Below are positions 8,522-17,119 of a stretch of 64,000 nt of DNA, one piece after another. The stretch covers positions 14,214 through 78,213 of the forward strand of contig CAYUSA010000003.1 in assembly GCA_964447335.1 (NCBI GenBank). The letters run 5' to 3'. The stretch comes from an uncultured Actinomycetes bacterium (GTDB lineage Bacteria > Actinomycetota > UBA4738 > HRBIN12). Every line of letters starts with the position of its first letter. Position 1 is the first letter of the stretch. Position numbers and translations under genes: made by a program. The notes under the pieces were generated by a model. The model had not been told where the DNA came from and ran no database searches. It saw nothing but the letters and a program-made list of their open reading frames with translations.

Positions 8522-9901
8522 ATGAGGGTGACGCTGCTCGGGACTGGCGTTCGGACCCCGTTCATCCTGCACGGGCTCGCCGACCGCCAGGGGGAGCTCG
8601 GCCTCACCGAGGTCGTCCTGCATGACCAAGACCTCGAGCGCCTGCGCATCATGAGCGCGCTCGGCGCGCACCTGTGCCGGGAGTGGGGCGCGGGCTTCAC
8701 GGTCCGCGGCGAGGAGGACCCGCGCGCGGCGATCGCCGGCTCGAGGTTCGTGTTCACGGCGATCCGCGTCGGCCAGGAAGCGGCGCGCGCGAACGACGAG
8801 CGGATCGCGCTCGCGCACGGCGTGCTCGGGCAGGAGACGACGGGGCCGGGTGGGTTCGCGATGGCGCTGCGGACGATCCCGGCGATGCTCCGGTACGCCG
8901 AGCTGATCGCCGAGGTCGAGCCCGAGACCCTCGTCGTCAACTTCACGAACCCGGTCGGCATCATCGTGCAGGCGCTCTGCGATCACTCCTCGGTGCGCGT
9001 GATCGGCGTGTGCGACGGGCCGATCGAGATGAAGCGCAGCGTCGCCGAACTCCTCGGGATCCCCGGCGACCAGGTGCATGCCGACTACGCGGGCCTCAAC
9101 CACGCCGGCTGGATCCATCGCGTCCTCGTCGAGGGCCGAGATCGCCTGCCCGAGATCCTCGAGCGGTACGAGGAGCTCCAGCAGCTCGAGGACTCCTGGC
9201 GTCTGTTCGATCCCGAGCTCGTGCGCTCCATCGGCATGCTGCCGATGGAGTACCTGTACTTCTTCTACTCGCGCGAGCAGGCCGTGGAGAACATCCTGCG
9301 CTCGGGGAGCTCGCGCGGCGAGCAGATCGCCCGGCTCAACGCGCCGCTGTGGCCCGAGCTCGCCGAGCGGCTCGCCGCGGAGGACCTCGAGGGCGCCCGG
9401 GCGGCGTGGGAGCGCACGATCGAGACGCGCCACGAGACGTACTTCGCCCGCGAGCGTGGCGAGGAGGTGGCGGACGGCGTCCGCGCCGAGCCCCCCGCGC
9501 ACGAGGAGATGTTCGAGGGCGACGGCTACGAGGGTCTCGCGACGGCCGTCATGGTCTCGGCGGTGCAGCGCCGCAAGATGCCGCTGATCGTCAACGCGCC
9601 GAACCGCGGCGCGATGCCCGATCTGCGCGACACCGACGTCGTCGAGGTGACGTGCATGGTGGACGAGCACGGGGCGCACCCGCTCGCGCAGGGCCATCTG
9701 CCGCGCGCCGCGCTCGACCTCATCGAGCCGATCAAGGCGTACGAGCGGCTCACGGTCGAAGCAGTGGTCGAGGGCTCGTACGCCAAGGCCCTCGAGGCGC
9801 TCACCGTGCACCCGCTCGTCGGCTCGGAGCCGCTCGCGAGGGCGATCTTGGACGACTACCTGAGCGCGCACGCCGAGCTCCTCTCGCACGTGCGACGCTG
9901 A
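8522..9901 (+). CDS. Glycoside hydrolase family 4-like NAD(+)/Mn-dependent glycosidase (6-phospho-glucosidase-like)
   Basis: N-terminal Rossmann motif LLGTGVRTPFIL, then VNFTNPVGII, and a GVCDGP (C-N/D-x-P) motif next to LNHAGW. RBS gggaggg lies upstream. Confidence 0.65.
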   Translation: MRVTLLGTGVRTPFILHGLADRQGELGLTEVVLHDQDLERLRIMSALGAHLCREWGAGFTVRGEEDPRAAIAGSRFVFTAIRVGQEAARANDERIALAHGVLGQETTGPGGFAMALRTIPAMLRYAELIAEVEPETLVVNFTNPVGIIVQALCDHSSVRVIGVCDGPIEMKRSVAELLGIPGDQVHADYAGLNHAGWIHRVLVEGRDRLPEILERYEELQQLEDSWRLFDPELVRSIGMLPMEYLYFFYSREQAVENILRSGSSRGEQIARLNAPLWPELAERLAAEDLEGARAAWERTIETRHETYFARERGEEVADGVRAEPPAHEEMFEGDGYEGLATAVMVSAVQRRKMPLIVNAPNRGAMPDLRDTDVVEVTCMVDEHGAHPLAQGHLPRAALDLIEPIKAYERLTVEAVVEGSYAKALEALTVHPLVGSEPLARAILDDYLSAHAELLSHVRR

Positions 9902-9917
9902 GCACGAGGAGGTGTCC

Positions 9918-10832
9918 ATGGAGCGCCGACGGCTCGGACGGATCGGGCACATGAGCAGCGTCCTCATCTACGGAGGGGCGGCGCTGATGGAGGCCACGCA
10001 GGAGGTCGCCGACCGGTCGATCGAGCTCGCGCTCCAGGCCGGCATCAACCACTTCGACACCGCGGCAGACCACGGCGACTCCGAGCTGCGGCTCGGCGCG
10101 TGGATGCCGCGGGTCCGCGACCAGATCTTCCTCGCGACGAAGACGGGCGAACGGACCTCGGCCGGTGCCTACGACGAGATCCGGCGCTCGCTCGAGCGGC
10201 TGCAGGTCGAGCGCGTCGACCTGATCCAGCTCCACGCCGTCGGCGACCTCGAGGACCTCGGTCGAGCGACCGGGCCAGGCGGTGCGCTCGAGGGGGCCCT
10301 CCGCGCTCGGGAGGAAGGCCTCGTCGGCGCGATCGGCATCACGGGCCACGGCATGAAGGCGCCGGCCACCCACCTGGAGGCATTGCGCCGCTTCGCGTTC
10401 GACACCGTGCTCACGCCGTTCAACTACCGGCTCTCGCTCGAGCCGGCGTACCTCCGCGACTTCGAGGCGCTCGTCGAGGAGATCCGAGCGCAGGACGCCG
10501 CGCTCATGCTCATCAAGGCGCTCGCTAGGAACCTGTGGCGCCTGGGTGAGGCTCCGCGCTATGACACGTGGTACGAGCCGCTCGACGAGCAGGGTCCGAT
10601 CGACGCGGCCGTCGCGTTCGCCCTCGCCCGGCGGGAGGTCACCGGCATCGCGACCGCCGGCGACGTCCGGCTGCTCCCGATGCTGATCCAGGCCGAGCGC
10701 CGAGCGGCCCGGGTCTCGGTCCAGGACGCCGCGGCCGAGCTCGCCCGCGTGCCCGAGCTCGAGCCGCCGTTCGTCCGCGTCCCGGGCCGCGAGGTTCCCG
10801 ACTGGCTGCAGCCGCTCCTGCAGGACCCCTGA
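9918..10832 (+). CDS. Aldo/keto reductase
   Basis: MERRRLGRIGHMSSVLIYGGAAL..., NHFDTAADHGDSE..., LIQLHAVGD are AKR catalytic-tetrad regions. A strong RBS gaggagg lies 6 nt upstream of the ATG. Confidence 0.8.
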   Translation: MERRRLGRIGHMSSVLIYGGAALMEATQEVADRSIELALQAGINHFDTAADHGDSELRLGAWMPRVRDQIFLATKTGERTSAGAYDEIRRSLERLQVERVDLIQLHAVGDLEDLGRATGPGGALEGALRAREEGLVGAIGITGHGMKAPATHLEALRRFAFDTVLTPFNYRLSLEPAYLRDFEALVEEIRAQDAALMLIKALARNLWRLGEAPRYDTWYEPLDEQGPIDAAVAFALARREVTGIATAGDVRLLPMLIQAERRAARVSVQDAAAELARVPELEPPFVRVPGREVPDWLQPLLQDP

Positions 10833-10875
10833 GACGGCTCGCAGGAAGAAGAGTGACAAGAACGGCGGTTCCGGC

Positions 10876-10905
10876 TTGACCGCGCTCGAGGGCACCACCT
10901 AAAGT
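10876..10905 (+). promoter_or_regulatory. Sigma-A-type promoter: -35 TTGACC (10876-10881), 18 nt spacer, -10 TAAAGT (10900-10905)
   Basis: This is a near-consensus actinobacterial housekeeping promoter, which is rare in 70% GC DNA. No protein-coding gene lies downstream on the + strand. Confidence 0.4.
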
Positions 10906-10911
10906 GCGTGA

Positions 10912-11050
10912 TGAGAAACCGCTGGAGCCCTCGGGCCCCGGCGGTTTCTCACTTCCGGGGCCTGGTCGCCGCGCGTGGACACGGACCACCGTGCCCCGCG
11001 GGTCACACGGCTGCCGCCTCGGCCGTCTCACCCCGCGCCGAGGCGGTCAG
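10912..11050 (+). ncRNA. Candidate small RNA (6C-like) with two stable hairpins carrying C-rich loops
   Basis: Hairpin 1 has perfect 10 bp stems GAGAAACCGC (10913-10922) and GCGGTTTCTC (10941-10950), with an 18 nt C-rich loop. Hairpin 2 has perfect 10 bp stems CCGCCTCGGC (11014-11023) and GCCGAGGCGG (11037-11046), with loop CGUCUCACCCCGC. The predicted TSS is about 7 nt after the -10. Hairpin 2 abuts the stop of the convergent minus-strand gene and may act as a bidirectional terminator. Confidence 0.3.
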
Positions 11051-11268
11051 GGGACGACGGTGTCGTCTTCTTGGTCGGCCTTCGCGAGCTCCTCGCGGGT
11101 CGGGAGGAACTCGCTCTGCTCGGCCGGACCGATGGGCGGGCCCGCCTCGATCAGGCCGGCCTCCCGGTCCTTGCGTCGCGCGGCGCGTGCGACCCGGCGC
11201 TCCTCACGGACAACGGCCTTCTTGGCGTTCGCATCGCGGCGCTGCCGCTTCCCGACGCTATCCGGCAT
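11047..11268 (-). CDS. Small basic hypothetical protein (73 aa)
   Basis: A perfect RBS AGGAGG lies 6 nt upstream of the ATG. The sequence MPDSVGKRQRRDANAKKAVVREERRVARAARRKDREAG... is Lys/Arg-rich with an acidic C-terminus and has GC3-biased codons. Confidence 0.5.
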   Translation of the reverse strand: MPDSVGKRQRRDANAKKAVVREERRVARAARRKDREAGLIEAGPPIGPAEQSEFLPTREELAKADQEDDTVVP

Positions 11269-11325
11269 GGGGAACCTCCTGATCGTGCGGTCTCGTTCGT
11301 CCTCGTCGTTCGGCTCCCGAGATCA

Positions 11326-11517
11326 TCAGTCCCGCTGGAGCGGGTGACGGTACTCGGGCGCGGTGTGCAGGTAGCACGTCGCAGATCGGTTGTACGTCGA
11401 CAGGACCGTATGGCAACTCGGTTCGGCGCACTGCCGACCTCGCGCCGGGCGGGACGTCGGCTCTTTCCCGCGCTCCGGCGTGCCGAACCGCACCTCGCCG
11501 CCGCTCGGTCTCACCAT
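11326..11517 (-). CDS. Small putative zinc-ribbon protein (63 aa)
   Basis: RBS GGAGGG lies 6 nt upstream of the internal ATG (M24 of the 86-aa ORF). The sequence has C-x4-C-H ... C-x2-H spacing (RQCAEPSCHTVLSTYNRSATCYLHT). It sits upstream of the small basic protein gene on the same strand. Confidence 0.4.
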   Translation of the reverse strand: MVRPSGGEVRFGTPERGKEPTSRPARGRQCAEPSCHTVLSTYNRSATCYLHTAPEYRHPLQRD

Positions 11518-11778
11518 CGGTCGCCCTCCATCGCGTCGTGCTGTCGATCCGTGGGCGAGAGGCGAGTCGGGCCGGTCACAGCCCATCCGTCGGTCGCTCG
11601 TCGCGAACCCTCGGGCAGGGCCCGAGACCCAATCAGCGTACTAGGGCGCGGGGTAGCCTGGACGGCCGATGGACCTCGAGCTGCTCGGTCGGATCGACGC
11701 CTACCTCGACGCGGTGCCGAGATCGTCTGCGTCGGCACGCTGCCCACCTTCCGCCGCCGTAGCTCTCGGAGCCGCGGC

Positions 11779-12744
11779 CTACGCCAGCTCGGCGAGGAGC
11801 TCGCCCTCGCGCTCGGGCGTCGGGCCCGCGCGCATCGGCTCGGGGAGGCCGCGGGCGCGGTCCCACTCGAGCGTCGCGCGGACGGTCTCTTCGACCGGGC
11901 GGTTGCGCAGACCCGCGGCACGAGCCTTCGCGGCCTCCATCACGACCGAGCCCGACAGGTCCGCCTCCCAGACGGGGAACAGCTCGGCGAGATCGCGCTC
12001 GAGCACGGCGGCGGTCGGGACCCACACGACCTCGGTCCCGGACCCGGCGACGTCGACGCACGTCCGCAGGAACTCGCCGGTCGCGATCGGGACGCCGTCG
12101 CCGTTGAACGCACCCGTCGCCTCGAGCTCGAGGAGGCGGACGACGAACGCGCCGAGATCGCGCGCATCCACGAACTGCAGGGTGCCCTCGGGCTCTCCGG
12201 GCGCGAGCATCCGGCCACCGCGAGAGGCCCGGCGCACCCACGACGTGAACCGGTCCGTCGTGTCGTGCGGTCCCACGACGTATCCGGGGCGCACGAGGAG
12301 CGACCGCTCGCCGTACGCGTCCTGCACCTCCTGCTCGCACAGGACCTTGAGCGCGCCGTAGTTCTCGTCCGTGACCTCCTCGGCCGCGGGGTCCCCGGTC
12401 GTCGCGAGCGGAGCGTCCTCCGTGACGACGGGCGCGTGCGGCTCCGCGTACACCGACTCGGTGGAGATGAAGCAGTAGCGGCCGACGGCACCGGCGAGCG
12501 CATCGGCGGAGGCCCGCACGATCCGCGGGACGTAGCCGCAGACGTCCACGACCGCGTCCCACGTCCGGCCCGCCAGCGCGCCGAGGTCGCCGTCGCGGTC
12601 GCCGTGAACGTGCTCGACGGCCGCGAGCTCGACGGGCTCGCTCCGCCCGCGGTGGAAGACCGTCACGTCGTGCCCCGCAGGCAGGGCCTGCTCGACGATG
12701 TGCCGACCCACGAACTCGGTCCCACCGATCAGGAGGAGGCGCAT
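11779..12744 (-). CDS. NAD-dependent epimerase/dehydratase (atypical SDR) family protein
   Basis: N-terminal Rossmann motif MRLLLIGGTEFVGRHIV, then FHRGRS, then the later segment ...VLCEQEV. Confidence 0.8.
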   Translation of the reverse strand: MRLLLIGGTEFVGRHIVEQALPAGHDVTVFHRGRSEPVELAAVEHVHGDRDGDLGALAGRTWDAVVDVCGYVPRIVRASADALAGAVGRYCFISTESVYAEPHAPVVTEDAPLATTGDPAAEEVTDENYGALKVLCEQEVQDAYGERSLLVRPGYVVGPHDTTDRFTSWVRRASRGGRMLAPGEPEGTLQFVDARDLGAFVVRLLELEATGAFNGDGVPIATGEFLRTCVDVAGSGTEVVWVPTAAVLERDLAELFPVWEADLSGSVVMEAAKARAAGLRNRPVEETVRATLEWDRARGLPEPMRAGPTPEREGELLAELA

Positions 12745-12830
12745 GGCGCGAACCCTATCGCGGTCCTCGCGATGGCGACCCGGCGAGGAGCCGCGACGGC
12801 CCTCCGCCAGACCGGCACTATCCTTTCGGC

Positions 12831-13682
12831 ATGGCCTTGCTCCACATCACCGAGCCGTCCGAGCCGCTCGTCGCGCCGGTGATCGTCGCCGCGTTCGACG
12901 GGTGGGTCGATGCCGCCGGCGCCTCGACCGCCGCCGCCGAGCGGATCGCCGGTGACGGCGACACCCTCGCGACGTTCGACCCGGACCTGCTGTTCGACTA
13001 CCGCTCGCGCCGCCCCGTGCTCGACATCGTGGACGGGACGCCGACGACCCTCGCGTGGCCCAAGCTCGAGATCACGCGCACCCGCGCCGGAGGTCGGGAC
13101 CTCCTCGTGTTCACCGGCCCCGAGCCCGACTTCCGCTGGCGCGAGATCGGCCAGGAGATGCTCGAACTCGCGCTGCGGCTCGGCGTCGTCGAGTGGGTGA
13201 GCCTGGGCTCGATCCCTGCGCCGGTGCCGCACACGCGCCCGGTCGGGATCCTCGCGACGGCCTCGAAGGCAGGCCTCCTGCGCGAGGACGAGCACCAGGG
13301 CCCCGACGGGCTCCTGCGCGTGCCCTCGGCCGCGCTGAGCTCGATCGAGATGAGCGTGACCGCGAGCGGCATCGCCGCGGTCGGCTTCTACGCGCAGGTG
13401 CCTCACTACGTCGGCGGCTCGTTCCCGGCCGGCACGATCGCGCTCCTCGAGCACGCGGGCCGGCACCTCGGGGTCACGTTCGCGCTCGGGAACCTCCCCG
13501 AGGAGGCCACCGCGACGAAGGCTCGGATCGATGCCGCGGTCGAGGGCGACGAGGAATCCCGCGCGTACGTCGCGCGGCTCGAGTCCATCGCCGGCGAAGA
13601 GGGCCTGCCCTCCGGCGACGAGCTCGCCTCGGAGATCGAACGGTTCCTGCGCGGCCAGGCGGGCGAGCCCGGCCCTCGCTGA
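12831..13682 (+). CDS. PAC2 (proteasome assembly chaperone 2-like) family protein
   Basis: The sequence begins MALLHITEPSEPLVAPVIVAAFDGWVDAAGASTAA and contains LLFDYRSRRPVLDIVDG. Its length of about 280 aa matches actinobacterial PAC2 family proteins. Confidence 0.7.
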   Translation: MALLHITEPSEPLVAPVIVAAFDGWVDAAGASTAAAERIAGDGDTLATFDPDLLFDYRSRRPVLDIVDGTPTTLAWPKLEITRTRAGGRDLLVFTGPEPDFRWREIGQEMLELALRLGVVEWVSLGSIPAPVPHTRPVGILATASKAGLLREDEHQGPDGLLRVPSAALSSIEMSVTASGIAAVGFYAQVPHYVGGSFPAGTIALLEHAGRHLGVTFALGNLPEEATATKARIDAAVEGDEESRAYVARLESIAGEEGLPSGDELASEIERFLRGQAGEPGPR

Positions 13683-13779
13683 GCGCGCGGCGCTCGAGGC
13701 GGGTGCCGAGCGGGCCCGGGACCTTCGGCCCTGCCCCACGACCTTCCCCGGACCCACCGTGGAGCCGGAGGTGAGGGGC

Positions 13780-14304
13780 ATGAAACGTGAGTACCTGCTG
13801 TACGGCGGCGCGATCGTGCTGTTCGGCGGCGTGGTGCTGTGGGCGACCGACGCACCCTGGGAGGCGACGGCGATCGCGGCCGTGACGGCGGGACTCCTGC
13901 TGTTCTCGGCGGCGGTGCTCGTGAGGCCGGCTCCCGACGTGCTCCTCGTGGGCGAGGGCGCGGCGAGTCTCGAGATCCTCGACCGGGCGCTCCGGCGCGA
14001 CGGCTTCGAGGTGGAGACGTGTCCCGGCCCGGGGAACAGCGCGTGCCCCGTGCTCGCGGGCCGGCCGTGCCCCGCCCACGGCGACCCGGTGGCGGTGGTC
14101 GTGATCCGGCGCCTCGACGACACGAGCGGGCTCGCGCCCTGCGGAGCAGCGTTCCACATCCCCGAGCTCGCGGTCGAGGAGGACTCGAACCGAGCGCCCG
14201 AGCTCGTCGGGCGGTACGGGCGGGTCGGCATCGAGCGGGGGGCCGACGCGGTGACCGAGGCCCTCGACCGGCTCCTCGGCGGCGCAACCGCCGCAGCCTC
14301 GTAG
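13780..14304 (+). CDS. Hypothetical membrane protein (2 TM) with Cys/His-rich cytoplasmic domain
   Basis: RBS ggaggtgagggg lies before the ATG. Two TM helices are followed by VLLVGEGAASLEILDRALRRDGFEVETCPGPGNSACPVLAGRPCPAHGDP (C-x8-C-x9-C-x2-H). It sits 98 nt downstream of PAC2. Confidence 0.5.
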   Translation: MKREYLLYGGAIVLFGGVVLWATDAPWEATAIAAVTAGLLLFSAAVLVRPAPDVLLVGEGAASLEILDRALRRDGFEVETCPGPGNSACPVLAGRPCPAHGDPVAVVVIRRLDDTSGLAPCGAAFHIPELAVEEDSNRAPELVGRYGRVGIERGADAVTEALDRLLGGATAAAS

Positions 14305-14337
14305 GAACGCGGTCCCGCCCGCCGAGGCCCCGTAGGA

Positions 14338-15006
14338 TTGGGGGCCATGTCCGAGGCCGCCACCCCGCCCAGCGATCGCACCCGCGTCCGCCGCCTGCCC
14401 GAGCGCGGTGTCTATGAGCGCGACGCGATCGACGCGATCTTGGACGAGGCGCTCATCTGCCACCTCGCCTGGGTGACGGAGGACGGCTGGCCACGCGTGA
14501 TCCCGACGATCCACGCGCGCGTCGGCGACACGCTGTACGTCCACGGCTCGACCGCGAGCCGAACCCTCCGCGGTATCCGCGACGGTCGCGAGATCTGCAT
14601 CGAGGTCACGCTCCTCGACGGCCTCGTGCTCGCCAGGAGCGCCTTCCACCACTCGATGAACTACCGGTCGGTCATCGTGTACGGCCGCGCGAGGGAGATC
14701 ACCGACCCCGCCGAGAACTTCGCCGCGCAGCGCGCGCTCGTCGAGCACGTGGCGCGCGGGCGCGCCGGGGACGCGCGGATGCCGAACCAGCGCGAGCTCG
14801 ACCAGACGACCCTCCTCGCGATCGAGATCGTGGAGGCCTCGGCCAAGGTCCGAACCGGCCCTCCCCACGACGACGAGGAGGACCTCGAGCTGCCCGTGTG
14901 GGCCGGGGTGCTCCCGCTCCACACGGTGCCCGGCGAGCCGGAGCCGGCTCCCGACCTGCGTCCCGGCCTCGAGCCGCCGGGCTACGTCACCGACTACCGC
15001 CGCTAG
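14338..15006 (+). CDS. Pyridoxamine 5'-phosphate oxidase-family FMN-binding split-barrel protein (Pyridox_ox_2-like)
   Basis: Motifs RRLPERGVYERDAIDAILDEALICHLAWV and LLDGLVLARSAFHHSMNYRSVIVYGRA are strongly conserved in this family. The start could instead be 14347. Confidence 0.8.
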   Translation: MGAMSEAATPPSDRTRVRRLPERGVYERDAIDAILDEALICHLAWVTEDGWPRVIPTIHARVGDTLYVHGSTASRTLRGIRDGREICIEVTLLDGLVLARSAFHHSMNYRSVIVYGRAREITDPAENFAAQRALVEHVARGRAGDARMPNQRELDQTTLLAIEIVEASAKVRTGPPHDDEEDLELPVWAGVLPLHTVPGEPEPAPDLRPGLEPPGYVTDYRR

Positions 15007-15269
15007 CGGCCGCGTCGCACGGTCACGGCCGCGAGGGAGGCGGCGGGGGCGCGGCGGGCATCCGCGGCGCCGGCATGGGAGGGATCGGCGGCACGGCGGG
15101 GCCGGCCGGGGCGATCGGGGCGACCGCCGCCGCTCGGGTCTCCTCGGCCGAAGGGGCCGTCACCCACGCGCGGATCCCGAGACCGACCAGCATGAGCAGG
15201 ACCCCGGCGACGAGGGTGGGGGCGGACGCCGCCCCGCCCCGGTTTGACACCGAGCGGAGGCATCGAGTA

Positions 15270-15309
15270 GATATATCGGAGCGATATATGCGCTCGATAT
15301 ATCGGAGCG
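15270..15309. promoter_or_regulatory. AT-rich operator/promoter boxes upstream of padR. Two 14 bp direct repeats GATATATCGGAGCG (15270-15283 and 15296-15309) each contain a GATATATC / CGATATATCG palindrome. Three ATATAT hexamers recur with a 13 bp period.
   Basis: It lies 33-70 bp upstream of the PadR start, in 70% GC DNA. PadR regulators bind inverted repeats and commonly autoregulate. Confidence 0.4.
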
Positions 15310-15341
15310 CAACACAACCCAGGGGAAGGACCCGCCACCGG

Positions 15342-15932
15342 ATGCTCGAACTCGCGATCCTCGGCCTGCTGAAAGAGCGCACGATGCACGGGTACCAGCT
15401 CTCGAAGCGGCTGACCGATGCCCTCGGCGGCCTGTGGCGCGTCTCGTACGGGTCGCTCTACCCCACGCTGAAGCGCCTCGAGCGCGAGGGCGCCGTCGAG
15501 CAGGTCTTCGACGAGGTCACCGTCGGCCGCCGCAAGAACGTGTACCGCATCACGGACAAGGGCGAGGTGCTGTTCCTCGAGCTGCTCGAGGAAGCGGGGC
15601 ACGACACCTCGACCGAGGAGAACCGCTTCCGCGTCCGCCTCGCGTTCTTCAAGTACCTCGCGCCAGAGGCGCGGATCCGCTTGCTGGAGCGCCGCCGCTC
15701 GCACCTGGAGGATCGCCTGTCCACCATCACGACCTCGCTCGCCGGCACGCGCGAGCGGTTCGACACGTACACGCTGTCGCTGATGCAGCACGGCCGGGAG
15801 ACCACCGAGCAGGACATCGCGTGGCTGAACGGCCTCATCGCCGCCGAGCGACGCCAGCCGACCACCTCGACCACGGGGGGCTCGAAGCGCCGGGAGTCAC
15901 GCGCGCTTCGCAGAAAGGAGCGCACCACATGA
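15342..15932 (+). CDS. PadR-family transcriptional regulator (ino1-operon regulator, Rv0047c-like)
   Basis: Winged-HTH motif [52 protein letters not shown]. Its stop overlaps the ino1 start (ATGA). Confidence 0.85.
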   Translation: MLELAILGLLKERTMHGYQLSKRLTDALGGLWRVSYGSLYPTLKRLEREGAVEQVFDEVTVGRRKNVYRITDKGEVLFLELLEEAGHDTSTEENRFRVRLAFFKYLAPEARIRLLERRRSHLEDRLSTITTSLAGTRERFDTYTLSLMQHGRETTEQDIAWLNGLIAAERRQPTTSTTGGSKRRESRALRRKERTT

Positions 15933-17050
15933 GCAAGGTTCGTCTCGCGATCGTCGGCGTCGGCAACTGCGCGTCGTCGCTCGTGCAGGGTCTGGAGTAC
16001 TACAAGGACGCCGCCCCCGAGGACCCGGTCCCGGGCCTGATGCACGTGGACCTGGGCGGCTACCACATCAGCGACGTCGAGCTCGTCGCCGCCTTCGACG
16101 TGGACGCCGACAAGGTCGGCAAGGACGTCGCCGAGGCGATCTTCACGGAGCCGAACAACACGATCCGGTTCTCCGACGTGCCGGCCACCGGCGTGAGCGT
16201 CCAGCGCGGACCGACCCTCGACGGGCTCGGCAAGTACTACCGCGAGGTCATCGAGGAGTCCGACCGACCCGAGGTCGACGTGGCGCAGGCGCTCCGAGAC
16301 GCGCAGGCCGACGTGGTCGTGTCCTACCTCCCTGTCGGCTCCGAGCAGGCCGCGCGGCACTACGCGCAGGCCGCGATCGACGCCGGCGTCGGGTTCGTGA
16401 ACTGCCTGCCGGTGTTCATCGCCAGCAACCAGGAGTGGGCACGCAAGTTCGTCGACGCCGGGCTGCCGATCGTCGGCGACGACATCAAGAGCCAGGTCGG
16501 CGCGACGATCACCCACCGCATCCTCACGAGGCTCTTCGAGGACCGGGGCGTGAAGCTCAACCGGACCTACCAGCTGAACTTCGGCGGGAACATGGACTTC
16601 ATGAACATGCTCGAGCGCGAACGCCTCGTCTCGAAGAAGGTCTCGAAGACGCAGTCGGTGCAGAGCCAGCTCCGCAAGGAGCTCGACAAGCACGACATCC
16701 ACATCGGGCCGTCGGACCACGTGCCGTGGCTCGACGACCGCAAGTGGGCGCAGATCCGGCTCGAGGGTCAGGCGTTCGGCGACGTGCCGCTCACGATCGA
16801 GCTCAAGCTCGAGGTGTGGGACAGCCCGAACTCGGCCGGCATCGTGATCGACGCGATCCGGTGCGCGAAGCTCGCGCTCGACCGCGGCGTCGCCGGCCCG
16901 CTCATCGGCCCGTCCGCGTACTTCATGAAGTCGCCGCCGGTGCAGTTCAGCGACGAGGCGGCCCACGAGATGGTCGAGGGGTTCATCCTCGGCAACGGCG
17001 CCTCGAAGGCCTCGGACTGGACGGCCTTCTTCGACGTGCAGCCCGCGTAG
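15929..17050 (+). CDS. ino1: myo-Inositol-3-phosphate synthase (Ino1)
   Basis: Near-colinear with mycobacterial Ino1: [99 protein letters not shown] aaaggag lies upstream. Confidence 0.95.
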   Translation: MSKVRLAIVGVGNCASSLVQGLEYYKDAAPEDPVPGLMHVDLGGYHISDVELVAAFDVDADKVGKDVAEAIFTEPNNTIRFSDVPATGVSVQRGPTLDGLGKYYREVIEESDRPEVDVAQALRDAQADVVVSYLPVGSEQAARHYAQAAIDAGVGFVNCLPVFIASNQEWARKFVDAGLPIVGDDIKSQVGATITHRILTRLFEDRGVKLNRTYQLNFGGNMDFMNMLERERLVSKKVSKTQSVQSQLRKELDKHDIHIGPSDHVPWLDDRKWAQIRLEGQAFGDVPLTIELKLEVWDSPNSAGIVIDAIRCAKLALDRGVAGPLIGPSAYFMKSPPVQFSDEAAHEMVEGFILGNGASKASDWTAFFDVQPA

Positions 17051-17119
17051 CTCACGGGCCTTCCCGCGACGGCCGGGCCGGGTGCCCGGTCGTCGCGATT
17101 CTGGGACCATTCCGTCCGT

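Noticed and set aside
7613-9967. 784-aa ORF on the minus strand
   Set aside because: Arg/Gly/Asp-rich composition typical of an off-frame or antisense read-through in high-GC DNA. It is antisense to the well-supported GH4 and cupredoxin genes.
10904-11347. Two overlapping + strand ORFs of 147 and 124 aa downstream of the consensus promoter
   Set aside because: Non-protein-like composition, and antisense to the RBS-supported small basic protein gene. The promoter is better explained by a non-coding RNA.
12745-12830. Inverted repeat ATCGCG-N5-CGCGAT between the divergent epimerase and PAC2 genes
   Set aside because: Short GC-rich inverted repeats like this occur by chance frequently in 70% GC DNA. 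No regulator is adjacent.
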